From assembly GCA_017624735.1 (NCBI GenBank), contig JAGAMK010000057.1, positions 1 through 11,887 of the forward strand: 11,887 nucleotides of DNA, in the 5' to 3' direction. Below the pieces are notes generated by a model, which was not told the origin of the DNA, searched no databases, and saw only the letters and a program-made list of their open reading frames with translations. The position numbers were made by a program, and so were the translations under genes. Source of the stretch: Clostridia bacterium. GTDB lineage: Bacteria > Bacillota > Clostridia > Oscillospirales > Acutalibacteraceae. This document shows positions 4,831-11,887 of this stretch, piece by piece (the stretch's first letter is position 1; every line of letters begins with the position of its first letter).

Positions 4831-7172
4831 ACAGATTCGGTAAAGAATTACTTTTCTTTGACGGCGGAATGGGTACAGAATTGCAGAAAAACGGACTCAA
4901 AAAAGGTGAGTTGCCTGAACTTTTAAATATCCATTCACCCGAAATAGTGAAAAAAGTCCATAAATCATATCTCGATGCAGGTTGCGACATTATTACAACT
5001 AACACATTCGGTGCAAATTCCCTCAAATTTAATAATGTAGAAGAAATCATCACAAATGCTGTAAGTATTGTTAAAGATGCCATTTGTGAAAGTGGCAGAA
5101 AAGCTTATACAGCCCTTGATGTTGGTCCAATAGGTAAACTTTTACAACCCTATGGAGATTTGCCATTTGAAGATGCATATAACCTTTTCAAAGAGCAGGT
5201 TGTAGCAGGTGAAAAAGCAGGTGCCGACCTTGTTCTTATCGAAACAATGGGTGATTTGTACGAGATTAAATCAGCAGTTTTGGCTGCAAAAGAGAATACA
5301 GAACTTCCCGTATTCGTTTCAATGATTTTTGACAGTAAGGGTACTCTTTTAACAGGAGCAGATGTTAAAACTGCAGTTGTAACATTGGAGGGACTCGGTG
5401 TTGACGGAATAGGTCTTAACTGCGGACTCGGTCCTGACCAGATGCTTGAACTTTTAAAAGAAATGACAAAATATTCAAGCACACCAATTTTTATTCAACC
5501 AAATGCAGGTCTTCCAGTTTCTATTAACGGCGAAACGTTTTACAATGTGACTCCCGAAGAATTTGCCGAAAAACAACTTAAAATATTAGAAAACGGTGCT
5601 TGTGCTTTGGGCGGTTGCTGTGGAACAAATCCAATGCACATAAAGGCTATGATTGACCTATGCAAGGGTAGAAAAATCAAGGAAATAACCAAGAAGAATT
5701 ATACAGCAGTTTCGTCTTATTCAAAGTCAGTTTTCTTTGAAAACAAGCCAATTATCGTGGGTGAAAGAATTAACCCAACGGGAAAAAAACTCCTTAAAGA
5801 TGCCCTTCGCAACAAGGATATGGAATACATCTTCCGCGAGGGTGTAAGTCAGACGGATTTGGGTGCTGATATTCTTGATGTCAATGTTGGACTTCCCGAA
5901 ATCGATGAATGTGAAATGATGACAAATGCCGTTACGGGACTTCAAAGTATTCTCAATGTGCCTTTACAAATTGACACATCAAATCCCGAAGTAATGGAAA
6001 AAGCACTCCGTTTTTATAATGGTAAGGCTATGGTAAACTCCGTAAACGGCAAAGAGGAGTCAATGAATTCCGTCTTCCCACTTGTGAAAAAATATGGTGG
6101 TGTTGTGGTCTGCTTAACCCTTGACGAAAACGGAATTCCCGAAACGGTTGAAGGCAGAATAGCCATAGCAGAGAAGATTATAAATAGAGCAAAAGAGTTT
6201 GGAATTGAGAAAAAAGACCTTGTTTTTGACCCACTTTGTATGACAATCAGCACGAATAAGGACAGTGCCAAAATCACTCTCAAATGCGTTGAAAAGCTTA
6301 CAAGGGAACTTGGGGTTAAAACAATTTTGGGTGTTTCAAATGTGTCATTCGGTCTTCCTAACCGAGAACTTATCAACTCAACATTTTTTGGTCTTGCTTT
6401 GCAAAAAGGACTTAGTGCAGGTATTATAAACCCCAAAAGCGAAATGATGATGAATACTTATTATTCATTCAATGCGTTAAATGGCCTTGACGAGAATTTT
6501 GAACATTATATTGCAAATGCAACCGATGTTAAAGCCGAAATCAAAACTGATGTTGTTGACCTCAAAACTGCGGTTATAAAAGGTCTTAAAGAAAGAGCAA
6601 AACAAGAAACCGAAAAAGAACTTCTTACGAAAACTCCACTCGAAATAATCGATAATATCATAATTCCTGCGCTTGATGTGGTTGGAGAAGGCTTTGAAAA
6701 TAACAAAATTTTCTTGCCGGGACTTTTAATGAGTGCCGAAACTGCAGGCGTAAGCTTTGAAGTTCTTAAAAAAGAGATGGAGAAAAACGGCTTACAAGGT
6801 GAAAAAAAGGGTAAGATAATTATGGCAACCGTTGAGGGTGACATTCACGATATCGGTAAAAACATTGTTAATGTGTTGCTTGAAAACTATGGTTATGATG
6901 TAATTGACCTTGGTAAAGATGTTAAGCCCGAAACAATAGTTGAAACAGCACTTCGTGAGAACGTGAAATTCGTCGGACTTTCTGCTCTTATGACAACAAC
7001 TGTGCCTTCAATGGAAAAAACAATCAAATTGCTCCGTGAAAAAGACAAGGATATTGCAGTTATGGTTGGTGGTGCAGTTCTGACAGAGGAATATGCAGGG
7101 ATGATAGGTGCAGACTTTTATGCAAAGGATGCAATGACAACTGTAAGAATTGCCGAAAAATTCTTCGCATAA
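4821..7172 (+). CDS. metH: Cobalamin-dependent methionine synthase, short form (Hcy S-methyltransferase + pterin-binding + B12 cap + B12-binding domains, no AdoMet reactivation domain)
   Basis: N-terminal Hcy-binding domain (LLFFDGGMGTEL ... GLNCG ... LGGCCGTNP zinc-Cys motifs). Pterin-binding barrel (IVGERINPTG ... LDVNVG ... VNSVNG ... GVSNVSFGLP). B12 motif EGDIHDIGKNIV ... GLSALMTTT. I prefer ATG 4821 (RBS AAAGGGGAA 4806-4814) over the ORF-track TTG 4815. It overlaps the Rrf2 stop by 10 nt. Confidence 0.9.
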   Translation: MLLNRFGKELLFFDGGMGTELQKNGLKKGELPELLNIHSPEIVKKVHKSYLDAGCDIITTNTFGANSLKFNNVEEIITNAVSIVKDAICESGRKAYTALDVGPIGKLLQPYGDLPFEDAYNLFKEQVVAGEKAGADLVLIETMGDLYEIKSAVLAAKENTELPVFVSMIFDSKGTLLTGADVKTAVVTLEGLGVDGIGLNCGLGPDQMLELLKEMTKYSSTPIFIQPNAGLPVSINGETFYNVTPEEFAEKQLKILENGACALGGCCGTNPMHIKAMIDLCKGRKIKEITKKNYTAVSSYSKSVFFENKPIIVGERINPTGKKLLKDALRNKDMEYIFREGVSQTDLGADILDVNVGLPEIDECEMMTNAVTGLQSILNVPLQIDTSNPEVMEKALRFYNGKAMVNSVNGKEESMNSVFPLVKKYGGVVVCLTLDENGIPETVEGRIAIAEKIINRAKEFGIEKKDLVFDPLCMTISTNKDSAKITLKCVEKLTRELGVKTILGVSNVSFGLPNRELINSTFFGLALQKGLSAGIINPKSEMMMNTYYSFNALNGLDENFEHYIANATDVKAEIKTDVVDLKTAVIKGLKERAKQETEKELLTKTPLEIIDNIIIPALDVVGEGFENNKIFLPGLLMSAETAGVSFEVLKKEMEKNGLQGEKKGKIIMATVEGDIHDIGKNIVNVLLENYGYDVIDLGKDVKPETIVETALRENVKFVGLSALMTTTVPSMEKTIKLLREKDKDIAVMVGGAVLTEEYAGMIGADFYAKDAMTTVRIAEKFFA

Positions 7173-7197
7173 TAGTGCTATTTGTACATTGTTATAA

Positions 7198-7227
7198 TTG
7201 ACAAAATATTACAGTATGTAGTATCAT
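7198..7227 (+). promoter_or_regulatory. Candidate internal sigma-A promoter upstream of nifS
   Basis: -35 TTGACA (7198-7203), 18-bp spacer, -10 TATCAT (7222-7227). No obvious terminator lies between metH and this site. Confidence 0.4.
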
Positions 7228-7297
7228 ATAAATGAATTCATAGTAATTTACTGTGAAATAAGAAAAACTATTGATTTTAATGAAATGAGATGTATAT

Positions 7298-8473
7298 ATG
7301 AAAGTTTACGCAGATAATGCTGCAACAACAAAAATATCAAAAATAGCACTTGATGCTATGATGCCATGTTTCCTTGAAACATACGGAAACCCTTCAAGCT
7401 TACATTCGGTCGGACAAGATGCTTTCCATGCTGTAAGGGATGCTCGTAATACGATTGCCAAATGTATCAACGCAGACCCTAATGATGTTTATTTCTCATC
7501 AGGTGGTAGCGAGAGCGATAACTGGGCAATTAAAGGTGCTGCCTACTTAATGGCTAAAAAAGGCAAGAAGCATATTATCAGTTCAAAGTTTGAACACCAC
7601 GCAGTTCTTCATACACTCAATGTTCTCGAAAAGGAAGGCTTTGAAATTACCTTGCTTGATGTTTATGAAAACGGTCTTGTGCGTGTTGAAGATGTAAAAA
7701 ATGCGATTAAAGAAGATACAGCACTTGTAACAATTATGTTTGCTAATAACGAAATCGGTACAGTTCAGCCAATCCGTGAAATCGGTGCGGTTTGCCGTGA
7801 AAAAGGTGTTCTTTTCCATACAGATGCTGTTCAGGCAGTAGGTCATGTTCCTGTTGACGTTGTGGCAGATAATATTGATATGATGTCTTTCTCAGGTCAC
7901 AAATTCCACGGACCAAAGGGTGTGGGCGGTCTTTACTGCAAAAAGGGTATAAGACTTCCAAACCTTATTGAGGGTGGTGCACAGGAAAGAAATCGTCGTG
8001 CAGGTACTGAAAATGTTCCTGCAATCGTAGGTATGGCAGCAGCACTAAAAGATGCTTGTGACCACATGGAAGAAAACACAAAGAAACTTGTCAAGATGAG
8101 AGAACAACTCATTGAGGGTATTCTCAAAATTGAGCGTAGCCGAATTAACGGTGACCGTGAGCACAGATTACCCGGTAATGTTAGTGCTTGTTTTGAGGGT
8201 GTTGAGGGCGAATCACTTCTCCTTTACCTTGATATTATGGGAATCAGTGCTTCATCAGGTTCAGCTTGTACATCAGGCTCACTTGACCCAAGCCACGTGC
8301 TTCTCTCAATCGGCTTGCCACATGAAATTGCACACGGTTCACTTCGTTTGAGCCTTTGTGAAGATAATACACCTGAAGAAATGGAATATATCATCGAACA
8401 GTTACCACCAATTATTAACAGACTTCGTGATATGTCACCACTCTGGGAAAAGATACAGAAAGAAGGTAAATAA
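7298..8473 (+). CDS. nifS: Cysteine desulfurase, NifS/IscS type (PLP-dependent)
   Basis: YADNAATT start, PLP-lysine motif [17 protein letters not shown], active-site loop [17 protein letters not shown], 391 aa. Confidence 0.92.
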   Translation: MKVYADNAATTKISKIALDAMMPCFLETYGNPSSLHSVGQDAFHAVRDARNTIAKCINADPNDVYFSSGGSESDNWAIKGAAYLMAKKGKKHIISSKFEHHAVLHTLNVLEKEGFEITLLDVYENGLVRVEDVKNAIKEDTALVTIMFANNEIGTVQPIREIGAVCREKGVLFHTDAVQAVGHVPVDVVADNIDMMSFSGHKFHGPKGVGGLYCKKGIRLPNLIEGGAQERNRRAGTENVPAIVGMAAALKDACDHMEENTKKLVKMREQLIEGILKIERSRINGDREHRLPGNVSACFEGVEGESLLLYLDIMGISASSGSACTSGSLDPSHVLLSIGLPHEIAHGSLRLSLCEDNTPEEMEYIIEQLPPIINRLRDMSPLWEKIQKEGK

Positions 8474-8474
8474 A

Positions 8475-8891
8475 ATGGAATATTCAGAAAAAGTAATGGA
8501 ACATTTTGTAAATCCGCATAATGTTGGTAAATTAGAGGATGCTGACGGAATCGGTGAAGTTGGTAATGCAAAATGTGGAGATATTATGAAAATGTATCTC
8601 AAAATTGAGAATGATATTATCACAGACGTTAAATTCAATACTTATGGTTGTGCATCTGCAATCGCAACAAGCTCAATCGCAACTGATATGATTAAAGGTC
8701 AGCCTTTAAGTGAGGCTCTTAAACTCACAAATAAGGCTGTTGTTGAGGCTCTTGACGGACTTCCTGCAGTTAAAATTCACTGTTCAGTTCTTGCAGAACA
8801 AGCAATCAAAGCAGCTGTTAAGGACTACTACGACAAAAATGGTATTGAATATAACAAAGCTGACTTCGAATTCGAAGACCACCATCATTAA
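8475..8891 (+). CDS. nifU: Fe-S cluster assembly scaffold, NifU N-terminal domain / IscU type
   Basis: MEYSEKVMEHFVNPHNVGKL... with the three scaffold Cys motifs GNAKCGD, YGCASAIA, KIHCSVLA. I prefer ATG 8475, 1 nt after the nifS stop with RBS GAAGG at 8462-8466. The ORF-track start 8358 lies inside nifS. Confidence 0.9.
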   Translation: MEYSEKVMEHFVNPHNVGKLEDADGIGEVGNAKCGDIMKMYLKIENDIITDVKFNTYGCASAIATSSIATDMIKGQPLSEALKLTNKAVVEALDGLPAVKIHCSVLAEQAIKAAVKDYYDKNGIEYNKADFEFEDHHH

Positions 8892-8901
8892 TCTATAATC
8901 A

Positions 8902-8947
8902 GCCTCCCCTGTTAAAGGGAGGGGGACCGTCGAAGACGGTGGAGGGA
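8902..8947 (+). repeat. Bipartite tandem-hairpin intergenic element, copy 2, lying between nifU and nadA. Its 3' G-rich end supplies the nadA RBS.
   Basis: CCTCCCCT (8903-8910) pairs with AGGGAGG (8916-8922), leaving one bulged C. Perfect hairpin ACCGTC (8926-8931) / GACGGT (8935-8940). GGAGGG (8941-8946) sits 9 nt before ATG 8956. No T-run follows. Confidence 0.5.
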
Positions 8948-8955
8948 TTCCTAAA

Positions 8956-9870
8956 ATGACAGTAAAAGAAATGCAGGAAAGAATCTTGCAACTTAAAAAA
9001 GAAAAAGATATCTGTATTCTCGCTCACAGTTATGTTGCTCGTGAGATTATTGAGGTTGCCGACTATACAGGTGACAGTTTTCAGTTAAGTGTACTTGCAG
9101 AAAAAACTAATGCAAAAACTGTAATTATGTGTGGAGTTCGTTTTATGGCAGAAACCGTAAAAATTCTCTCACCTGAAAAAACAGTTTATATTACAAGTCC
9201 TGTTGCAGGTTGCCCAATGGCAGAGCAGATGAGTGTGGAGTATATCGAAGAAATCAAAAAAGAGTATCCCGATTATACTGTTGTGGCTTATATCAACACA
9301 ACTGCAGCACTCAAAACTGTTTGTGATGTGTGTGTAACATCTGCATCAGCAGTACAGATTGTGAAAAAACTCGAAAACGATAAAATTCTCTTTATCCCTG
9401 ACTGTAATCTCGGTGATTTCGTTGCAAAACAAGTGCCAGAAAAGACATTTAAGTTTGTAAACGGTGGTTGTCCAATTCACGGTCAGATAACAAAAGACGA
9501 TGTAAAAAAAGCAAGAGAATATTATCCCGATTCACTTTTGCTTGTTCATCCTGAATGTAAACCTGAGGTTGTGGCAGAGGCAGATTATGTCGGCTCAACA
9601 ACAGGTATTATGAAATTTGCAAAGGAAAGTGACCATAAGAATTTCATCATCGGTACAGAAATCAGTATTGCAGAATCTTTGCAGTATGAATGTCCCGATA
9701 AGAATTTCTTTGCACTTTCACCAAAACTCATTTGTCCTGATATGAAAGCAACAACTCTTGTTGACCTTTATAACACAATGCAGGGCAAGGGTGGAGAAGA
9801 AATAACATTAGACGAAGAAACAATTATAAAAGCCAAAAAATGCATTGATAAAATGCTTGAACTTGGGTGA
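8956..9870 (+). CDS. nadA: Quinolinate synthase NadA ([4Fe-4S] enzyme of de novo NAD synthesis)
   Basis: ILAHSYVAREIIEVADYTGDSFQLS, and three cluster-ligand Cys contexts: VAGCPMAEQM, NGGCPIHGQ, LICPDMK. Also LLVHPEC. 304 aa, typical of the short NadA type. Confidence 0.92.
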   Translation: MTVKEMQERILQLKKEKDICILAHSYVAREIIEVADYTGDSFQLSVLAEKTNAKTVIMCGVRFMAETVKILSPEKTVYITSPVAGCPMAEQMSVEYIEEIKKEYPDYTVVAYINTTAALKTVCDVCVTSASAVQIVKKLENDKILFIPDCNLGDFVAKQVPEKTFKFVNGGCPIHGQITKDDVKKAREYYPDSLLLVHPECKPEVVAEADYVGSTTGIMKFAKESDHKNFIIGTEISIAESLQYECPDKNFFALSPKLICPDMKATTLVDLYNTMQGKGGEEITLDEETIIKAKKCIDKMLELG

Positions 9871-9874
9871 CAAT

Positions 9875-10897
9875 ATGAACAAAGCAGTAATTGCTATGAG
9901 TGGCGGAGTGGATAGCTCCGTCGCTGCTTTACTTATGAAAAATGAAGGCTATGCCTGTGTCGGCGCTACAATGCAACTCTATTCCGAAGGGGATTGCAGT
10001 GATGCAAAAGCAGTTGCCGATAAGCTCGGTATGCCTTTTTATATTTTCCCACTCAAAGAAGAATTCAAAAAACAGGTTATTGATAAGTTTATAGAATTTT
10101 ATGAGAATGGCAAAACCCCAAACCCATGTGTTGAGTGTAATCGTACACTTAAATTCGGTGCTATGATGGACAAAATGCAGGAGTTGGATGCCGATTTTGT
10201 AGTTACAGGTCATTATGCTCGTGTAGTTTTTGAAAACGGTGAGTATAAACTCAAAAAAGCCGTTGATGAGAGCAAAGACCAGAGTTATTTTCTCTATATG
10301 CTCACCCAAGAACAATTAAAGCACATCAAATTCCCATTGGGGGAATACACGAAACCCGAAATTCGTGAAATCGCAGAAGAAAATGACCTTATTACTGCAC
10401 GAAAAAAAGATAGTCAGGATATCTGCTTTGTACCCGACGGTGACTACGTGAGCTTCATTAAAGGATATAACGGAAAAGAATATCCCAAAGGTCAATTTAT
10501 GCATAAAGATGGCTTCTCATTCGGTGAACATAAAGGTATTGTAAATTACACAATTGGTCAGCGTAAAGGTCTTGGAATTGCCTATAAAAATCCACTTTAT
10601 GTGCTTAACATTGACCCCGAAACTAACAATGTAATTTTAGGGGATAATGATGACCTTTTCACAGACGAGGTAAGTGCAAAAAATGTGAACATAATCAGCG
10701 GAAAATTACTAACAGAGCCCATCCGTGTGCTTGCAAGGGTGCGTTATCGTCATAAAGAGCAGCCTGCAACTGCATGGCAGACAGAAGACGGAATTTTACA
10801 CGTAAAATTTGACGAGCCACAACGAGCAATCACAAAAGGACAGTCATTAGTAATATTTGATGGTGACGAAGTATTAGGTGGCGGCGAGATTATATAA
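9875..10897 (+). CDS. mnmA: tRNA-specific 2-thiouridylase MnmA (tRNA U34 2-thiolation)
   Basis: PP-loop AMSGGVDSSVAA, catalytic Cys motifs NPCVECNRTLKF and DSQDICFV, GHYAR, DQSYFL. I prefer ATG 9875 (MNKAVIAMSGGVDSS) over the ORF-track start 9845, which lies inside nadA. Confidence 0.93.
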   Translation: MNKAVIAMSGGVDSSVAALLMKNEGYACVGATMQLYSEGDCSDAKAVADKLGMPFYIFPLKEEFKKQVIDKFIEFYENGKTPNPCVECNRTLKFGAMMDKMQELDADFVVTGHYARVVFENGEYKLKKAVDESKDQSYFLYMLTQEQLKHIKFPLGEYTKPEIREIAEENDLITARKKDSQDICFVPDGDYVSFIKGYNGKEYPKGQFMHKDGFSFGEHKGIVNYTIGQRKGLGIAYKNPLYVLNIDPETNNVILGDNDDLFTDEVSAKNVNIISGKLLTEPIRVLARVRYRHKEQPATAWQTEDGILHVKFDEPQRAITKGQSLVIFDGDEVLGGGEII

Positions 10898-10915
10898 GTG
10901 CAAAATACAAAATGC

Positions 10916-10947
10916 AAGGGACGAATAACTCGTCCCTTTATTTTTTT
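10916..10947 (+). terminator. Rho-independent terminator ending the Rrf2...mnmA gene string
   Basis: 8-bp stem AAGGGACG (10916-10923) / CGTCCCTT (10931-10938), 7-nt loop, then TATTTTTTT. Confidence 0.8.
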
Positions 10948-11003
10948 ACCGAATACATTCCCAAAAATGCCGAACACTTTTAATATATTGCAAACCGAAA
11001 AAC
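10948..11003 (+). promoter_or_regulatory. Three direct repeats with a CCGAA core (ACCGAATAC, GCCGAACAC, ACCGAAAAA). Candidate LytTR binding sites.
   Basis: Cores start at 10949, 10970 and 10995, giving spacings of 21 and 25 bp. The third lies within the -35/-10 spacer of the downstream promoter. Confidence 0.35.
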
Positions 11004-11016
11004 AAGGTGATATTAT
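10988..11016 (+). promoter_or_regulatory. Sigma-A promoter for the LytTR/membrane-protein pair
   Basis: -35 TTGCAA (10988-10993), 17-bp spacer, -10 TATTAT (11011-11016). RBS AAGGAGG (11025-11031) lies 6 nt before ATG 11038. Confidence 0.5.
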
Positions 11017-11037
11017 ACACTTGCAAGGAGGAATTTC

Positions 11038-11469
11038 ATGAAACTTCAAATTGTAATTGACCCTAATCGTGATGAAGAAATTATTATATATGCCCACGAG
11101 AAAACACCATTAGTGTGTGAAATTGAAGAGCTTGTAAAGAGTCATTCTGTTGACTTAATCGGCTACACCGAAAACGAAACAGTAAAGCTTAATTTGAACG
11201 ATATTTACTGCTTTTTCACAGAGGATAATAAGGTCTATGCACTCACTGAAAATGAGAAATATAGGCTTAAATCAAGGCTTTATCAGATAGAAGAAAGTTT
11301 GAGTGATAACTTTGTTAAAATCAATCAGTCCTGTATAGCAAATATCAAAAAAGTTGACCGTTTCAAAGCAACAGTAGGTGGCTCGTTAACGGTAATTTTC
11401 AAAAATGGTCATATTGATTACGTGTCACGAAGAAATCTCAAAAATGTAAAAGAAAGGTTAGGTTTGTAA
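11038..11469 (+). CDS. LytTR-family DNA-binding protein with no phospho-receiver domain
   Basis: The C-terminal ~95 aa match the LytTR domain pattern: IYCFFTEDNKVYALTENEKYRLKSRLYQIEESLSDNFVKINQSCIANIKKVDRF...GSLTVIFKNGHIDYVSRRNLKNVKERLG. The N-terminal ~45 aa are too short for a REC domain. Confidence 0.85.
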   Translation: MKLQIVIDPNRDEEIIIYAHEKTPLVCEIEELVKSHSVDLIGYTENETVKLNLNDIYCFFTEDNKVYALTENEKYRLKSRLYQIEESLSDNFVKINQSCIANIKKVDRFKATVGGSLTVIFKNGHIDYVSRRNLKNVKERLGL

Positions 11470-11470
11470 T

Positions 11471-11887
11471 ATGAATAAATATGTAAAAGAATTTTTCCAC
11501 CGCGGACTTATGTTTAGTGGTTTTGGTCCAATAATTTTAGGCATAATATATTTTATACTCTCAAAAACCGTTGATAATTTCGCATTGAGTGGTGGTGAGG
11601 TGTTAGCTGGAATTGTTTCAACTTATCTCTTGGCATTTGTTCAGGCAGGTGCAACAGTATTTAACCAGATTGAGCATTGGTCAACTGGAAAATCTCTGCT
11701 TTGTCATTTGTCAACAATATATGTTGCATACTCTCTTTGCTATGTGGCAAACACCTGGATTCCATTTGAACCAAAAGTCCTTTGGATTTTCACAATAATT
11801 TTTATGATTGTTTACTTTGTCGTATGGGGAATTGTTTATATTTCAATCAAAGCCACAAGCAAAAACTTCAATGCAAAACTAAAATAA
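11471..11887 (+). CDS. Small 4-TM membrane protein, DUF3021-like, the usual partner of stand-alone LytTR regulators
   Basis: 138 aa with four hydrophobic helices: GLMFSGFGPIILGIIYFILS, VLAGIVSTYLLAFVQAGATVF, LLCHLSTIYVAYSLCYVANTWI, VLWIFTIIFMIVYFVVWGIVYISI. The start is 1 nt after the LytTR stop. The DUF3021 assignment is from memory of the family, not a search. Confidence 0.6.
   Translation: MNKYVKEFFHRGLMFSGFGPIILGIIYFILSKTVDNFALSGGEVLAGIVSTYLLAFVQAGATVFNQIEHWSTGKSLLCHLSTIYVAYSLCYVANTWIPFEPKVLWIFTIIFMIVYFVVWGIVYISIKATSKNFNAKLK

Noticed and set aside
8892-8955. NAD+-sensing riboswitch (nadA motif / class I or II) upstream of nadA
   Set aside because: The two hairpins are short and perfect, without the bulged conserved-loop architecture I recall for the nadA motif. 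A sister copy of the same module occurs at 2672-2720 with no NAD gene downstream, so it is a dispersed repeat rather than a ligand-specific leader. A covariance-model scan (Rfam nadA, pnuC motifs) would settle it.
18-10504. Numerous 60-140-aa minus-strand ORFs in the track (e.g. 18..434, 5150..5482, 6014..6436, 6506..6844, 8224..8571, 9929..10315, 10750..11097)
   Set aside because: All lie antisense to well-supported conserved genes. They have low-complexity Ser/Phe/Ile-rich translations, no RBS and no recognisable motifs. They are typical shadow ORFs in AT-rich DNA.
2644-10947. The recurring GC-rich hairpins as a CRISPR array
   Set aside because: The copies are kilobases apart, individually palindromic and not separated by uniform ~30-40-bp spacers. 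No cas genes are present.

Overview
This is a low-GC, Firmicutes-style chromosomal segment, probably Clostridia (inferred from codon usage, strong GGAGG-type RBSs and intergenic style). All 12 supported genes lie on the + strand.

(1) 1-~1445: the terminal part of an integrative, probably conjugative, element. It carries a complete Tn916-family-like tyrosine integrase (6-1277) that is visibly more GC-rich than the rest of the window. Three TAAGCCAA repeats sit at its 3' end.

(2) 1578-4047: small accessory or housekeeping genes.
- A stand-alone CinA-C/PncC-type NMN amidohydrolase.
- A GtrA-family membrane protein.
- A MerR-family regulator fused to a 3-TM membrane region and an unrecognised C-terminal domain. 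Its frame is broken by one in-frame TAA, and it sits behind a textbook MerR-type promoter (19-bp spacer with a central palindrome).

(3) 4396-10897: a sulfur/Fe-S trafficking cluster, Rrf2 regulator - metH (short, B12-dependent) - nifS/iscS - nifU/iscU - nadA - mnmA. This is the common Firmicutes regulator-desulfurase-(scaffold)-mnmA backbone with metH and nadA inserted into it.

(4) 11038-11887: a receiver-less LytTR DNA-binding protein followed immediately by a 4-TM membrane protein. This is an HdrRM/BrsRM-like LytTR regulatory-system architecture, with CCGAA direct repeats upstream.

The intergenic regions hold a family of GC-rich hairpin repeats. One is an 81-bp composite palindrome with compensatory substitutions. 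Two are copies of a bipartite tandem-hairpin module. No rRNA, tRNA, CRISPR array or recognisable riboswitch was seen.

All functional calls rest on motif recognition by eye. No searches were run.
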